From an uncultured bacterium (lineage in GTDB: Bacteria > Bacillota_I > Bacilli_A > RFN20 > CAG-826): a stretch of DNA of 64,000 bases. Each line of letters starts with the position of its first letter. Position 1 is the stretch's first letter. The translations under genes and the position numbers were made by a program. The notes beneath the pieces are model-generated. The model searched no databases and was not told where the DNA came from. It saw only the letters and a program-made list of their open reading frames with translations. This document shows positions 29,884 to 40,466 of this stretch, piece after piece. The stretch is from assembly GCA_949283025.1 (NCBI GenBank), contig CASDRB010000010.1, positions 226 through 64,225 on the forward strand, read 5' to 3'.

Positions 29884-31059
29884 ATGACTACATACCTTGT
29901 TGGTTATACAATTATAGGACTCATAGTCTTGTTCATTGTATTTTCCATCCTCGTGAAGAAAAAGATCATGTTTGGCAATACGTTAGGTATGCAAAAAATC
30001 TTCGCCCATCCATTATTGCATTATTCGATTCGTCGAATTGGATCGGCTTTGATTTCTTTACTGCTCGCCATAATGGTCACTTTCTTTTTAATTAGAGCGG
30101 CTCAACCAGTTGAGACAACTTGTTTAAATAAATTCGCCGGCCCTCACGTCACGCCAGAATTATTTGAATTGCAATGTAATGCTTGGAAAGAAGAAATGGG
30201 TTTATCTGGCTCCATCTTTGATCAATTAATTCGTTTCTTTTATTCAATCCTTCCATTTCCAAAAACTTTATGTCGCACTGATTTAGATGTTAATTCAATG
30301 CAATTTATCGTCTCTGATTGCCGCGTTTTTATTATTGATTTAGGTAAGGTCAGCGATTATCCTGGTGTCACTAATGGAACATATGTTATTGATTACATGC
30401 TTCCTAGAATGATGACATCATTTAAAATTGGCATCGTTGCTGTTGTTTTACAATTAGCTTTAGGTTATCCATTAGGAGTATTTATGGCTAAGTATAAAGG
30501 CGGAATAGTTGATAAGATTGGTTTGACTTATATCATCTCAATCGATGCTATTCCTGGCGTTGCTTATTACTATATTTGGATGGCTATTTTGTGTGGTGGT
30601 TTAGGTTTGGCCTATACATATTCTAGCGAAGACTTTTCGACAGCATTGCCAGCGATTATTACCATGGTATTTACAGGTATGGCTGGTATAGCGATGTGGG
30701 TTAGACGTTTCATGGTTGATGAATTTACATCAGATTATGTAAAATTTGCCCGCGCTAAAGGATTGAGCGAAAACCGAATCATGTTTACCCACGTTTTAAG
30801 AAACGCTATTGTTCCATTGGTACGTTCTATTCCTTCCGCTGTTATAGGCGCTTTGTTAGGAACTTATTATTTAGAAAATATTTATGGCATTGATGGTATT
30901 GGTCAAGCTTTATTGCAAGCTAACAATTATAAAAATGCCCAGTTGTTGCAATCGGTTGTTATAATATCTGCAATTTTATCAATTATTTCTTTCTTATTGG
31001 GCGATATTGTAACTGCTTTGGTCGATCCACGTGTCAGTTTTTCAAGTGCAGATGATTAA
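29884..31059 (+). CDS. oppB: Oligopeptide ABC permease
   Basis: YSIRRI, DYVKFARAKGLSE..I...HVLRNA (EAA loop), DPRV; start after AAGGAG. Confidence 0.93.
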   Translation: MTTYLVGYTIIGLIVLFIVFSILVKKKIMFGNTLGMQKIFAHPLLHYSIRRIGSALISLLLAIMVTFFLIRAAQPVETTCLNKFAGPHVTPELFELQCNAWKEEMGLSGSIFDQLIRFFYSILPFPKTLCRTDLDVNSMQFIVSDCRVFIIDLGKVSDYPGVTNGTYVIDYMLPRMMTSFKIGIVAVVLQLALGYPLGVFMAKYKGGIVDKIGLTYIISIDAIPGVAYYYIWMAILCGGLGLAYTYSSEDFSTALPAIITMVFTGMAGIAMWVRRFMVDEFTSDYVKFARAKGLSENRIMFTHVLRNAIVPLVRSIPSAVIGALLGTYYLENIYGIDGIGQALLQANNYKNAQLLQSVVIISAILSIISFLLGDIVTALVDPRVSFSSADD

Positions 31060-31070
31060 AGGAGGTACTT

Positions 31071-32141
31071 ATGGCAAAAAAAGATCAAATTAATACAGAT
31101 GACATCTTTAGAATTGTTGATGAAACCGTTCCAGTTGAAGAAACAATTGAAAAAAATGTTAATGATTTATTTACAGTTGTAGGCACTTCTCAAGAAAATG
31201 TCGAACATATTTCTGCTACCCCATATTCTTATTGGCGAATGACTGCAAAAGAATTATTCAAAAAACCTTTTGTTATCATCAGTTTAATTTTATTAGGCAT
31301 CATTATATTTTTTACGATATTTGGACCTCTTATTAAATATTATCCACCTTTAAAAATTGTTGGCGATACTGTTATGACCGGAGATCGATTTGGTGAAGCA
31401 CCATACTATATTGGGCCTAGCGCTGACCATTGGTTTGGGATTTGCGGATCAAACATGGGCGTTTGGTTTCAAGGCGCCGATATGTGGTCTGTGGTATGGC
31501 AAGGTTCAAGGCTATCTTTATTGTTAGGTGTGACTGTGGCTGTCATCAATACAATTTTAGGTATTGTTATTGGTGCTGCTTGGGGTTATTTTAGATGGCT
31601 GGACCCAATCTTAATTGAGTTCCGTAACTTTGTTAATAATATTCCTACTATCTTATTAGATATTCTTTTGATGCAATTACTATCTTCATACATGAAACAA
31701 TATGGTTTCTTAATTATTGTTTTCTTGCTTTGCGCACTTGGTTGGATTGGCTTAGCAGGATTTGTAAGAAATCAAATTATCATCATTCGTAATCGTGAAT
31801 ATAATATTGCCTCACAAACATTAGGATCATCGTCAATGACAATGATTAATCACAACTTATTACCTTATTTAATATCTGTTATTGTTACTGTAGTTTCATC
31901 TGCTATTCCTGCTGCTATATCTAGTGAAGTTGGCCTAGCTTACTTCAATCTTTCCTTCAAAGTAAGTGATGGCGACATTACATTAGGACAAGTTTTGACC
32001 CAAGCAACCAAAGGTATTGCGTGGATGAAGCACCCATATTTATTAATAGGCCCGCTAGTTGTTATGGTGCCTTTAACGGTTTGTTTCTTTTATTTAGGAT
32101 TAGCTATATCTGATGCCACTGATCCTAAAACTCACCGTTAG
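31071..32141 (+). CDS. oppC: Oligopeptide ABC permease
   Basis: SYW, PS..HWFG, W.G.R.SL, REY..AS.TLG, H.LP, DATDP. Confidence 0.93.
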   Translation: MAKKDQINTDDIFRIVDETVPVEETIEKNVNDLFTVVGTSQENVEHISATPYSYWRMTAKELFKKPFVIISLILLGIIIFFTIFGPLIKYYPPLKIVGDTVMTGDRFGEAPYYIGPSADHWFGICGSNMGVWFQGADMWSVVWQGSRLSLLLGVTVAVINTILGIVIGAAWGYFRWLDPILIEFRNFVNNIPTILLDILLMQLLSSYMKQYGFLIIVFLLCALGWIGLAGFVRNQIIIIRNREYNIASQTLGSSSMTMINHNLLPYLISVIVTVVSSAIPAAISSEVGLAYFNLSFKVSDGDITLGQVLTQATKGIAWMKHPYLLIGPLVVMVPLTVCFFYLGLAISDATDPKTHR

Positions 32142-32156
32142 GAAAGGAGGGCAATT

Positions 32157-33503
32157 ATGGCAAAAGAAAAAGTGTTATCTGTGTCTGATTTGTCCTTAGG
32201 ATTTATTACTAGAGGGCATAAATCTCATGTTTTAAGAGATATCTTTTTGGATATTTTTGAAGGAGAAACATTGGCTATCGTTGGTGAATCTGGTTCTGGT
32301 AAGTCGGTTTTGACAAAAACTTTTACCGGGATGTTAGATGCTAACGGGTTTATTTCCAGTGGCTCAATCATTTTTGAAGGCCAAGATTTAGTTCAAATCA
32401 AAGATAATAAATCTTGGTTAAAAATCAGGGGTCGTAAAATCGCGACTATTTTCCAAGACCCGATGACTTCTTTAAATCCATTATTTTCAATTGGCTATCA
32501 AATTAGCGAGGTTTTGAAATTGCATTCTAAACCTTCTAAAGAAGAGATGAAAGAATGGAAAACCAAACACCGTGCTGACCGTTTGGTTGAGCAAGACAAA
32601 ATTAAAGCCATGTCAGCAGATGAAAAAGAAGATTATTTAGCAAGCAAAAAAGCTAAAAGAAAAGAAATTTATGATCGCATTTATAATGATATGATTTCAT
32701 CTCATGAGGGAAAATTATCATATTATGATAAATTAATGTACAAATATGAAGCGCTTAAAGAAACAAATTATGTCATTTCTAATAAGCCACATGGCATGTC
32801 ATCTAGAGAAGCCAAAAAAGAGACGATTAAACTTTTAAAGAAAGTTCAAATTCCTAATGCCGAAAAACGTTATCATGATTATCCTTTCCAATATTCAGGC
32901 GGAATGAGACAAAGAGTCGTTATCGCAATTGCTTTGGCCTGTAGACCTAAAATTTTGATTTGTGACGAACCAACAACTGCATTAGATGTCACCGTTCAAG
33001 CACAAATTTTGCATCTAATTAAAGAATTGCAACATGAATATAAATGGACCACTATTTTTATTACTCATGACTTAGGTGTTGTTGCTAATATCGCGGATCG
33101 TATCGCTGTTATGTATGGTGGAGAAATTGTTGAATGGGGAACAGCTGAAGACATATTCTATCGTCCAGCGCATCCATACACTTGGGCACTTCTTTCTTCC
33201 TTACCACAATTAGGAAGCAAAGATGAACCACTTTCATTTATTCCAGGAAACCCACCTTCATTTGCAAAAGATATTATCGGTGATGCGTTTGCTGATCGTA
33301 ATGTTTACGCAATGAATATTGATTTTTTAGCTAACCCTCCCCGTTTTCAAATTAGTGAAACTCACATGGCTAAAACTTGGCTCTTAGATCCTCGAGCCCC
33401 AAAAGTTAAAAAACCAAAAGTTATTCAAGAATTAAGACAACGTATGGCTCGCGCTTCTGAAGAATTATTAAGACAAGAAGGAGAATTAGCAAATGAAAAA
33501 TAA
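32157..33503 (+). CDS. oppD: Oligopeptide ABC ATPase with an ~89-aa insertion
   Basis: GESGSGKS, FQDPMTSLNP, YSGGMRQR, CDEPTTALD, HPYT. Confidence 0.95.
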   Translation: MAKEKVLSVSDLSLGFITRGHKSHVLRDIFLDIFEGETLAIVGESGSGKSVLTKTFTGMLDANGFISSGSIIFEGQDLVQIKDNKSWLKIRGRKIATIFQDPMTSLNPLFSIGYQISEVLKLHSKPSKEEMKEWKTKHRADRLVEQDKIKAMSADEKEDYLASKKAKRKEIYDRIYNDMISSHEGKLSYYDKLMYKYEALKETNYVISNKPHGMSSREAKKETIKLLKKVQIPNAEKRYHDYPFQYSGGMRQRVVIAIALACRPKILICDEPTTALDVTVQAQILHLIKELQHEYKWTTIFITHDLGVVANIADRIAVMYGGEIVEWGTAEDIFYRPAHPYTWALLSSLPQLGSKDEPLSFIPGNPPSFAKDIIGDAFADRNVYAMNIDFLANPPRFQISETHMAKTWLLDPRAPKVKKPKVIQELRQRMARASEELLRQEGELANEK

Positions 33504-34497
33504 AAAACATGACACTTTTGTTGATGAATTTGCCATTTCTCAACAACAAAATCCAGATGACGTCATCGTCAAAATGCGCGATGTTAAAATTTCATTTAAA
33601 TTGGGTTCTGTAGAAAGAACGATTATCAATCATTTAAATTTGGACATTCGTCGCGGAGAAATTCTTGGCTTAGTTGGTGAATCTGGTTCTGGTAAAACTA
33701 CATTAGGAAGAGCCATAATTCGCATCAACCCTGTTAGAAGCGGAGAAATTACTTATAACAACATAAAAATATCTGGTAAGATACCTGCTAAACGTGAACG
33801 CTTGTTGAAAACCAAAATTCAAATGATTTTCCAAGACCCATCGGCTTCATTAAATGAACGAGCTAACATAGATTATATCGTTTCTGAGGGTCTGCGAGCA
33901 TTTCATATGTATGAAAACGAAGCAGATCGTCTTTCCAAAGTAGAATCTATCATGAAACAAGTGGGTTTAAGACCAGAATATTTGTCTAGATATCCTCATG
34001 AATTCAGCGGTGGTCAACGTCAAAGAATCGGAATTGCGCGATGCATGGTTATGAATCCAGAGTTTGTCATTGCCGATGAACCAATTTCGGCTTTGGACAT
34101 GTCCATTCGCGCTCAAGTTTTAAATTTAATTAAAGAGTTTAAACAACAAAATAACTTGACGGTTTTATTTATTGCTCACGATTTATCAATCGTCAAATAT
34201 ATTTCTGATCGAATCGCTGTTATTTATGCTGGTAAATTGGTGGAATTGGCGCCTGCTGAAAGATTATTTTCACATCCATTGCACCCATATACTAAATCTT
34301 TATTATCAGCTGTTCCTATCCCTGATCCTCAAATAGAGAAAAAGAAAAAAATCATCATTTATGATCCGATGATGCATCATTATACCGAAGATGATGTTCC
34401 TGATTTTTATGAAATTGAACCAGGACATTTCGTTCGTGCTAATCATGCAGAGTTAGAACAATATAAAAATGAATTAAAAAGATTAGGAGGTGAATAG
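33493..34497 (+). CDS. oppF: Oligopeptide ABC ATPase
   Basis: [38 protein letters not shown]. Confidence 0.95.
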   Translation: MKNKKHDTFVDEFAISQQQNPDDVIVKMRDVKISFKLGSVERTIINHLNLDIRRGEILGLVGESGSGKTTLGRAIIRINPVRSGEITYNNIKISGKIPAKRERLLKTKIQMIFQDPSASLNERANIDYIVSEGLRAFHMYENEADRLSKVESIMKQVGLRPEYLSRYPHEFSGGQRQRIGIARCMVMNPEFVIADEPISALDMSIRAQVLNLIKEFKQQNNLTVLFIAHDLSIVKYISDRIAVIYAGKLVELAPAERLFSHPLHPYTKSLLSAVPIPDPQIEKKKKIIIYDPMMHHYTEDDVPDFYEIEPGHFVRANHAELEQYKNELKRLGGE

Positions 34498-34499
34498 CG

Positions 34500-36692
34500 A
34501 TGGCAGAAATTGATAAATTTGAAATGATGGAAGTTTTAACCAAAAAGCAAGAAGAAGAACGACAAAGAAAAGCTAAAGCTAAAAAAAGAAATTATATTGT
34601 CGGTTTTTCTATTACTGCCGCTTTATTAGTTTGCCTTGCTGTCATTTACACATTATCTGCTACTATTTGGTTAGTTGATGTCGCCAGTTTGCCTTATGTC
34701 ACATATTCATATTCAGCTGATAATAATGGCGAAAAAACTGCCACTATCACAAAATTTAATCCTGAAGTTATTGAAAAAGATGGTGTATCTGTGCAAGTTT
34801 ATCCCCATAAATTTGTAATTCCAAAAACTGTCAATGGATTAAAAGTAACCGGCATTGCAAATTCTGCTTTTGCTAATTTTACTGAATTAGAAACAATTAT
34901 TATGCCTGATACGATTGAATATATCGGCGATTATGCTTTTTATGGTTGTACTAATTTAAAAAATATCACTTTTTCAAAAAATATTTCACATTTGGGAGAA
35001 GGTGCTTTTGATGCTACCGCATACTGGAACAATTTAAGTGAAAGTGAAGTCCATGTTATCGCTGACATATTATATAAAGTTGGAAGCGATGTCATTGAGC
35101 CGAATACGGTTTTACTTTATAATGAAGATTCTTATATTCCTGATGTTTTTAACAGTGGCTCATATAAATATATTTATATGGAAGATTGGGGAGACGAAAT
35201 CAACCAATGGTCAAATGCTTTATTTGCAGACAATGACAATGTTGTTTATGTGGAAATCCCTTCATTTATTAATGAAATTCCAGAAAATAGTTTTAAAAAT
35301 TGTAAAAATTTAATGGGAGTTGGATTAACTGATTCTACTACCCGTATCGGTGATGGCGCTTTTTCAAATTGCACAAGCTTAATTCATGTTGAAATCAATG
35401 AATCTGTTATTTCTATTGGCTCTGAAGCATTTTTAAATACAGGCATATCCGACATTACATTGCCTTCTACTATGGAAAATATTGGTAGTGGTGCATTTAA
35501 AAACTGTCTAAATATTGTTAATTTTACGTGGCCGAGCAATTTAAACATTCCTGTTTCAGCTTTTGAAGGGTGCACAAATTTGACAAGTTTTAGTTTTGAT
35601 GAAAGCGGTTATGAACAAATCAGCGCAATTGGCTCTAAAGCGTTTAAAGATACATCTTTAAGCGAATTTACTTTTCCTAAAAATGTACAAGTTATTGCTG
35701 AAAGCGTTTTAGAAAATGTCGATGAGTTAGAAACTGTTTATTTATATCAAGGTAAATTGACTTATGATCATTATGATAATGAGGTCTTGTTAGGAGTAAC
35801 CCGTATTGAACCAAATGCATTTAAAGGTTCAACTGGTCAAAACTCCAAATTATCATCAATTATTTTGTTGGATGATAATAAAAATAAAGTCACTCCTGCT
35901 GGAGAGTTAAATTTCCCAATTTCCTTGCAAAACACGGCTACTTCTTCTAGTTCTGGCTCGATTTTTGCCAACACTAGTGTCTCTAAAGTTACTTTCCCTG
36001 CTAATGTGAGTAAAACTGCTCCTGATATGTTTGCAAATGATTTAAATTTAAAAGAAGTTAATTTTGAATTAAAACATGTTGGCACACAATATGTTGGCAT
36101 GAAATATATTGGCTTTAGATCTTTTTATAATACTGGTTTAGAAAACATTGTTATTCCTAACACTGTCGAAACAATTGAATCAAATGCTTTTGAAAATTCA
36201 GCAATGTTAAAAAATGTTACTTTGCCAGATGAAACTTCTAAATTTACCACTATTTCAAGTTCTTTATTTGCCGGATGTGTTTCATTAGAGTCAGTTAATA
36301 TTAATTCAAATATTTACACAATTAAACAACAAGCCTTTGTGAAAAATTATAGTTTAAATTATGTATATATTCCTTTTAATGATTTAAGTGAAACAGCTTC
36401 AGATGATGCGAAAAGTAAATTGACGATTGAACCTGGCACTTTCGCTCAAGCAAGAGAAGAAGGAAGCGACACCAAATTAGCAATTTTCTTAAATATTAAA
36501 GAAAGCAACGCTGATAACAATCGTATGCCAAGTCCGATTTTTGAAGTTGATAATGAAGGCAATTATGTTTTAGATGAACATGGTGAAAGAATTATGAAAT
36601 CAGCTGGATGGTACGACGATACTTGTAAAGTATATTGGAAAGGGATGTGGGAATTTAATGATCAAGGAGTCCCAACACCTATTGTTGGTTAG
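34500..36692 (+). CDS. Membrane-anchored BspA/TpLRR (LRR_5) repeat protein
   Basis: Single N-terminal TM, then many I.IP..V..IG..AF..C..L repeats; starts 2 nt after the oppF stop with SD GGAGG. Confidence 0.88.
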   Translation: MAEIDKFEMMEVLTKKQEEERQRKAKAKKRNYIVGFSITAALLVCLAVIYTLSATIWLVDVASLPYVTYSYSADNNGEKTATITKFNPEVIEKDGVSVQVYPHKFVIPKTVNGLKVTGIANSAFANFTELETIIMPDTIEYIGDYAFYGCTNLKNITFSKNISHLGEGAFDATAYWNNLSESEVHVIADILYKVGSDVIEPNTVLLYNEDSYIPDVFNSGSYKYIYMEDWGDEINQWSNALFADNDNVVYVEIPSFINEIPENSFKNCKNLMGVGLTDSTTRIGDGAFSNCTSLIHVEINESVISIGSEAFLNTGISDITLPSTMENIGSGAFKNCLNIVNFTWPSNLNIPVSAFEGCTNLTSFSFDESGYEQISAIGSKAFKDTSLSEFTFPKNVQVIAESVLENVDELETVYLYQGKLTYDHYDNEVLLGVTRIEPNAFKGSTGQNSKLSSIILLDDNKNKVTPAGELNFPISLQNTATSSSSGSIFANTSVSKVTFPANVSKTAPDMFANDLNLKEVNFELKHVGTQYVGMKYIGFRSFYNTGLENIVIPNTVETIESNAFENSAMLKNVTLPDETSKFTTISSSLFAGCVSLESVNINSNIYTIKQQAFVKNYSLNYVYIPFNDLSETASDDAKSKLTIEPGTFAQAREEGSDTKLAIFLNIKESNADNNRMPSPIFEVDNEGNYVLDEHGERIMKSAGWYDDTCKVYWKGMWEFNDQGVPTPIVG

Positions 36693-36703
36693 GAGGTAAT
36701 ATT

Positions 36704-37624
36704 ATGAAAAAAAGTATTTCTTTATTTTGTTTAGCTTTGCTTCCTTTATCTTTGGTTGCGTGTAATCCCAACAATAATTCATCTACCTCTCAAGAACTTA
36801 ATTATATCGTCATCGATAATTGGTTAGACGCTGATTTAGAAACGATGAGTAAAATTCATCCTGATGTTACCATTCCTTTTTATAAAGGGGCTTTTGAAAC
36901 TATCGGAACCGAAGTTGTATCTTCAAATACATCGACTGAAGAAGTCGTCACATCGGAGTATGTCCCTATTTATACATATGAATCTAATTACGCTATTAGT
37001 TATATTTCTTATCTAAATAAAGTGGTACTTACTTATACAACTTCTGATGTAAAAGTAGTTGACGGATACATTGATTTAATCACTAGCGATAGTTATAAAT
37101 ATACTTTAGATGAATCTTTAACTAATGAAAGCAACCATGATTATTATGCTTATTTAACCTTGCAAGAAAATTCTTCTATGCAGCAAAGATATTATTTAAA
37201 TGTATATTTTGAAAATGATTCATTGATGTATATCTTCGCCTATTTAAAAACAACTTATTTCAGTGCTACATGGCCACAAGAAGCAATCGATTCTTACATG
37301 CTTTCATCTTTGACAACTGAAGAAGATTTAACAACTATTTTTCCTAAACCTTCAAATTCGGTTTATGAAGTAAGTTATGTTTTAGGTTTAATGCTTGGAA
37401 ATTCTACGATTGAATTAAAAGTCAGTTCTCACGATGATCAAGAATTAGCTCAATATAAACAAGCGTTAATCGATCGAGGATATAGCGTTGACCCATATTA
37501 TGAAACTGATGCACAAGTTAATTATTATTTAATTGCTAGCGATAAGAGTTGCTGCTTTGAAGTTAATATTGATAAAGTTGCATCTAATAATACATTTGCG
37601 ATGCGTTTAATGATTACTTATTAA
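36704..37624 (+). CDS. Lipoprotein of unknown function, last gene of the opp operon
   Basis: Lipobox LVA-C; SD AGGAGG overlapping the upstream stop; two loosely repeated W..L..P..Y..L...[SG]Y units. Confidence 0.8.
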   Translation: MKKSISLFCLALLPLSLVACNPNNNSSTSQELNYIVIDNWLDADLETMSKIHPDVTIPFYKGAFETIGTEVVSSNTSTEEVVTSEYVPIYTYESNYAISYISYLNKVVLTYTTSDVKVVDGYIDLITSDSYKYTLDESLTNESNHDYYAYLTLQENSSMQQRYYLNVYFENDSLMYIFAYLKTTYFSATWPQEAIDSYMLSSLTTEEDLTTIFPKPSNSVYEVSYVLGLMLGNSTIELKVSSHDDQELAQYKQALIDRGYSVDPYYETDAQVNYYLIASDKSCCFEVNIDKVASNNTFAMRLMITY

Positions 37625-37648
37625 AAAGTTTCTCACCATCATAAAATG

Positions 37649-37673
37649 AACCTATGCATAGCATAGGTTTTTT
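37649..37673 (+). terminator. Terminator closing the opp-LRR-lipoprotein operon
   Basis: AACCTATGC-ata-GCATAGGTT plus T-tract. Confidence 0.8.
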
Positions 37674-37683
37674 AAATTATATT

Positions 37684-39186
37684 TTAATTATCATTTTTTC
37701 TTTTTATAAAAGAATATACTAAATCTTCTTTTAAAATCGCTAATACAATAACATATATAATCGCATCAATTAAAACTACAATTAGCAATTCTAAAATATA
37801 AGATGTATAGATGTTAGTCACATTATTTGCCCATATGTTTTTAATAGGCAAGACAAACACTAATATAATTGATAAAATTGCCACGCATGAATTAGCGATA
37901 ATTAACTTGAGTGTATTTTTGTTAAAAATAGCAGCTTTGACCCATTTCCAGGTCAACCCTACTAATATTATCAAAACGATTAAATCGACAATCATTGTCG
38001 CTAAAGCAACACCTAACGCTGGACGATCTTTAAATAAAACCAAACCAAATAATAGCGATAAGGCAATATTGCTAATTACACCAAATAAAATTGATAAAAG
38101 ATAATATTTTTCTTTTTTCATCGGTAATAATATTTGCCCATAAATGATATCGGCCAATGAATAAGTTAACATCATGCACGATAAAGAAATTAAAACCCAA
38201 GAAGCGTCATTATATCCATTGACACCGGCTATTAAAGTGCAAATTTGATTGGACATAATTGACATTGTAATAATTGCGGGCATAACAATAAATAAACAAA
38301 TATTAATTGAGTACTTTGTTAAATTTAAAAAGAATCGCTTATCTTCTTTTTGGAAATAATATGCAGATCTTGGAATAAAAACAGTAGAAAGTCCAGCGAT
38401 GATACCAATTATAATATCTATTCCTTTGATGCCGACAGAATAGCTACCGACTTGCTGCTTGTTAGAATTAATAAATCCTAAAATCAAAGTATCTGTTTGA
38501 TTATAAAAAGCCAATAACATACTTAAAGAAAATAAAATTAACAGAGGTTTTGCGTATATTTTTAAATTATATGGCATAGTTTTTTTAAAAGATATAAAAT
38601 CGCTGACATATATCATATTAACGATAGAAGTTATTAAAGTGACACTAGCTGTCAACAAAGAATATATATAAATATCCTCAGGGTGTTTAACTAAAACGAT
38701 GATCAAAATAGCGGTAATAGCTAAGATAATAATTGAGCGAATTGACATATAAAATTGTTTTTCTAAAGCGATGAATATCCATTCAAAAGAAAATGCGCCC
38801 GAAATAAAATTTATAGAAAGTAAAAATATAATGGCACGCGCATCAAAAAATTGCTTTACAGAGTAAATCAAAATGCACATGCACATAAATGAAATAACTG
38901 TTGTTGTTAATTGAAGCAAGAAGAAACCCTGCGCTTTATTTGATAGTTTTTCTTTATCATCTCTTACTTTAACACATTCGCGAATAGCTAAATTAGGAAG
39001 GCCAATTTTGGCTAAAATTAAAAAATAATATACAAATGTATTGCACCAAGTATATAAACCTAATTGCGCATCTCCTAAAACTCGGCATACATAAGGAAAT
39101 GTTAAAAATGATAAAATAGTTAACGCCAATGTCCGAATTAAATTAACAATAACGTTAGTTCTAATGTTATCTTTCATATCGTTCAT
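37684..39186 (-). CDS. wzx: Wzx-type oligosaccharide flippase (MOP superfamily)
   Basis: N.I.N.I..L.....F.TFPY..RVLG...G; ~14 TMs; W.F..LE..F; VG.YS; PR. Confidence 0.88.
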   Translation of the reverse strand: MNDMKDNIRTNVIVNLIRTLALTILSFLTFPYVCRVLGDAQLGLYTWCNTFVYYFLILAKIGLPNLAIRECVKVRDDKEKLSNKAQGFFLLQLTTTVISFMCMCILIYSVKQFFDARAIIFLLSINFISGAFSFEWIFIALEKQFYMSIRSIIILAITAILIIVLVKHPEDIYIYSLLTASVTLITSIVNMIYVSDFISFKKTMPYNLKIYAKPLLILFSLSMLLAFYNQTDTLILGFINSNKQQVGSYSVGIKGIDIIIGIIAGLSTVFIPRSAYYFQKEDKRFFLNLTKYSINICLFIVMPAIITMSIMSNQICTLIAGVNGYNDASWVLISLSCMMLTYSLADIIYGQILLPMKKEKYYLLSILFGVISNIALSLLFGLVLFKDRPALGVALATMIVDLIVLIILVGLTWKWVKAAIFNKNTLKLIIANSCVAILSIILVFVLPIKNIWANNVTNIYTSYILELLIVVLIDAIIYVIVLAILKEDLVYSFIKRKNDN

Positions 39187-39275
39187 TTTAGTGTATTTTG
39201 CTTAAAAAATATATAGCATAAATAAAAACTTGAACTTAATTTATTTTTGATATCTATTTTGATATAATTTTAAAG

Positions 39276-40466
39276 ATGAAAATTTTAGTTGTTTGCCAGT
39301 ATTATTATCCAGAAAATTTTGTTATTACGAATATATGTGAAGAATTAGTTAAGCGCGGGCATGATGTCAGTGTTTTAACTGGGCTTCCTAATTATGGATA
39401 CGACCATATATTGCCAGAATATGAAAACATTAAATATCAGGAGATTAACGGCGTTAAGATTCATCGCGTTAAATTAATTGCTAAAGGCCATAATAAATTT
39501 AAAATTATATTAAATTATTTGTCGTATTGGCATAATGCTAGACGTTGGATAAAAAGATGCAAAATTAAATATGATGTAGTTTTCTCCATGTCTTTATCTC
39601 CAGTTACTATTTTATCTCCCGCTAATTTATATAAAAAAATTTTTAATGTCAAGCACGTTTGTTATTGCGTTGATTTGTGGCCGGAATCTGTTTTGGTGAC
39701 AAAGGCTGTTAAACAAAATTCTTTAATGTATAAAATTTTGTATTTTTGGTCAAAAAAATTATATTCAAAAGTCGACTCTTTAATAATTGGTTCACCCTCA
39801 TTTATCGATTATTTTAATGATGTATTAAAAATAAAATATGAAAGTTACCATTGTGTTGTTCAGCCGCCATTATTAGAAAATATTGATTCGATAATTCCAT
39901 ATTCTTTTGATAGCAAATTTCATATCTTGTATTGTGGCAATATAGGTCGAATTCAAATGGTGGAGAACATACCCCTAGCAATGGCCAAAATCAAAAATGA
40001 AAATGTTGTTTTTGACATCATCGGCATGGGCCCTAATGTCGAAAAATTAAAAGAGAATATTAAATTATATAAAGTGGAAAACAAAATAATTTATCACGGA
40101 CCAATTCCGGCTAAAAAAGCAGCATCGTATTTTAAAAGTGCTGACGCGTTATATGTATCATTAAAGGGAGATGGCTACGTTGGAAAAACTATACCCAATA
40201 AATTGGTTATGTCTTTAGCATATAAAAAGCCAATTCTTGCTTGTTTAAAAGGTGATGGTAGGTCAATTTTAAACCAATCTGGCGGAGGGGTTTTAGTCGA
40301 TGAAAACATTAATGATTTGGCTAATAAAATTGACTATATATCCAGTTTGTGTGAATTAAAAAAAGCCGAGATGGGATCGGCTAATAGGTTATATTTTGAG
40401 CAAAATCTATCTATAGAAAAAACGATAGTTAAAATTGAAACTATTTTATCAAATAACATCGAATAA
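39276..40466 (+). CDS. GT4 glycosyltransferase, WbuB-like
   Basis: MKILVVCQYYYPE, GHDV.VLTG.PNY, DLWPES, Y.GNIG..Q, P.KL. Confidence 0.88.
   Translation: MKILVVCQYYYPENFVITNICEELVKRGHDVSVLTGLPNYGYDHILPEYENIKYQEINGVKIHRVKLIAKGHNKFKIILNYLSYWHNARRWIKRCKIKYDVVFSMSLSPVTILSPANLYKKIFNVKHVCYCVDLWPESVLVTKAVKQNSLMYKILYFWSKKLYSKVDSLIIGSPSFIDYFNDVLKIKYESYHCVVQPPLLENIDSIIPYSFDSKFHILYCGNIGRIQMVENIPLAMAKIKNENVVFDIIGMGPNVEKLKENIKLYKVENKIIYHGPIPAKKAASYFKSADALYVSLKGDGYVGKTIPNKLVMSLAYKKPILACLKGDGRSILNQSGGGVLVDENINDLANKIDYISSLCELKKAEMGSANRLYFEQNLSIEKTIVKIETILSNNIE

Noticed and set aside
16694..32792. Inteins in dnaB or oppD
   Set aside because: The inserts are too short and lack the N-terminal Cys/Ser block plus C-terminal His-Asn splice motifs.
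22560..34497. XRE regulator, small peptide and Opp as an RRNPP/ComRS quorum-sensing circuit
   Set aside because: The regulator has TM helices instead of a TPR peptide-binding domain and the peptide has no secretion signal.
34800..36400. Repetitive DNA suggestive of an array or CRISPR
   Set aside because: The repeats are protein-level LRR_5 units; there are no identical spaced nucleotide repeats and no cas genes in the window.
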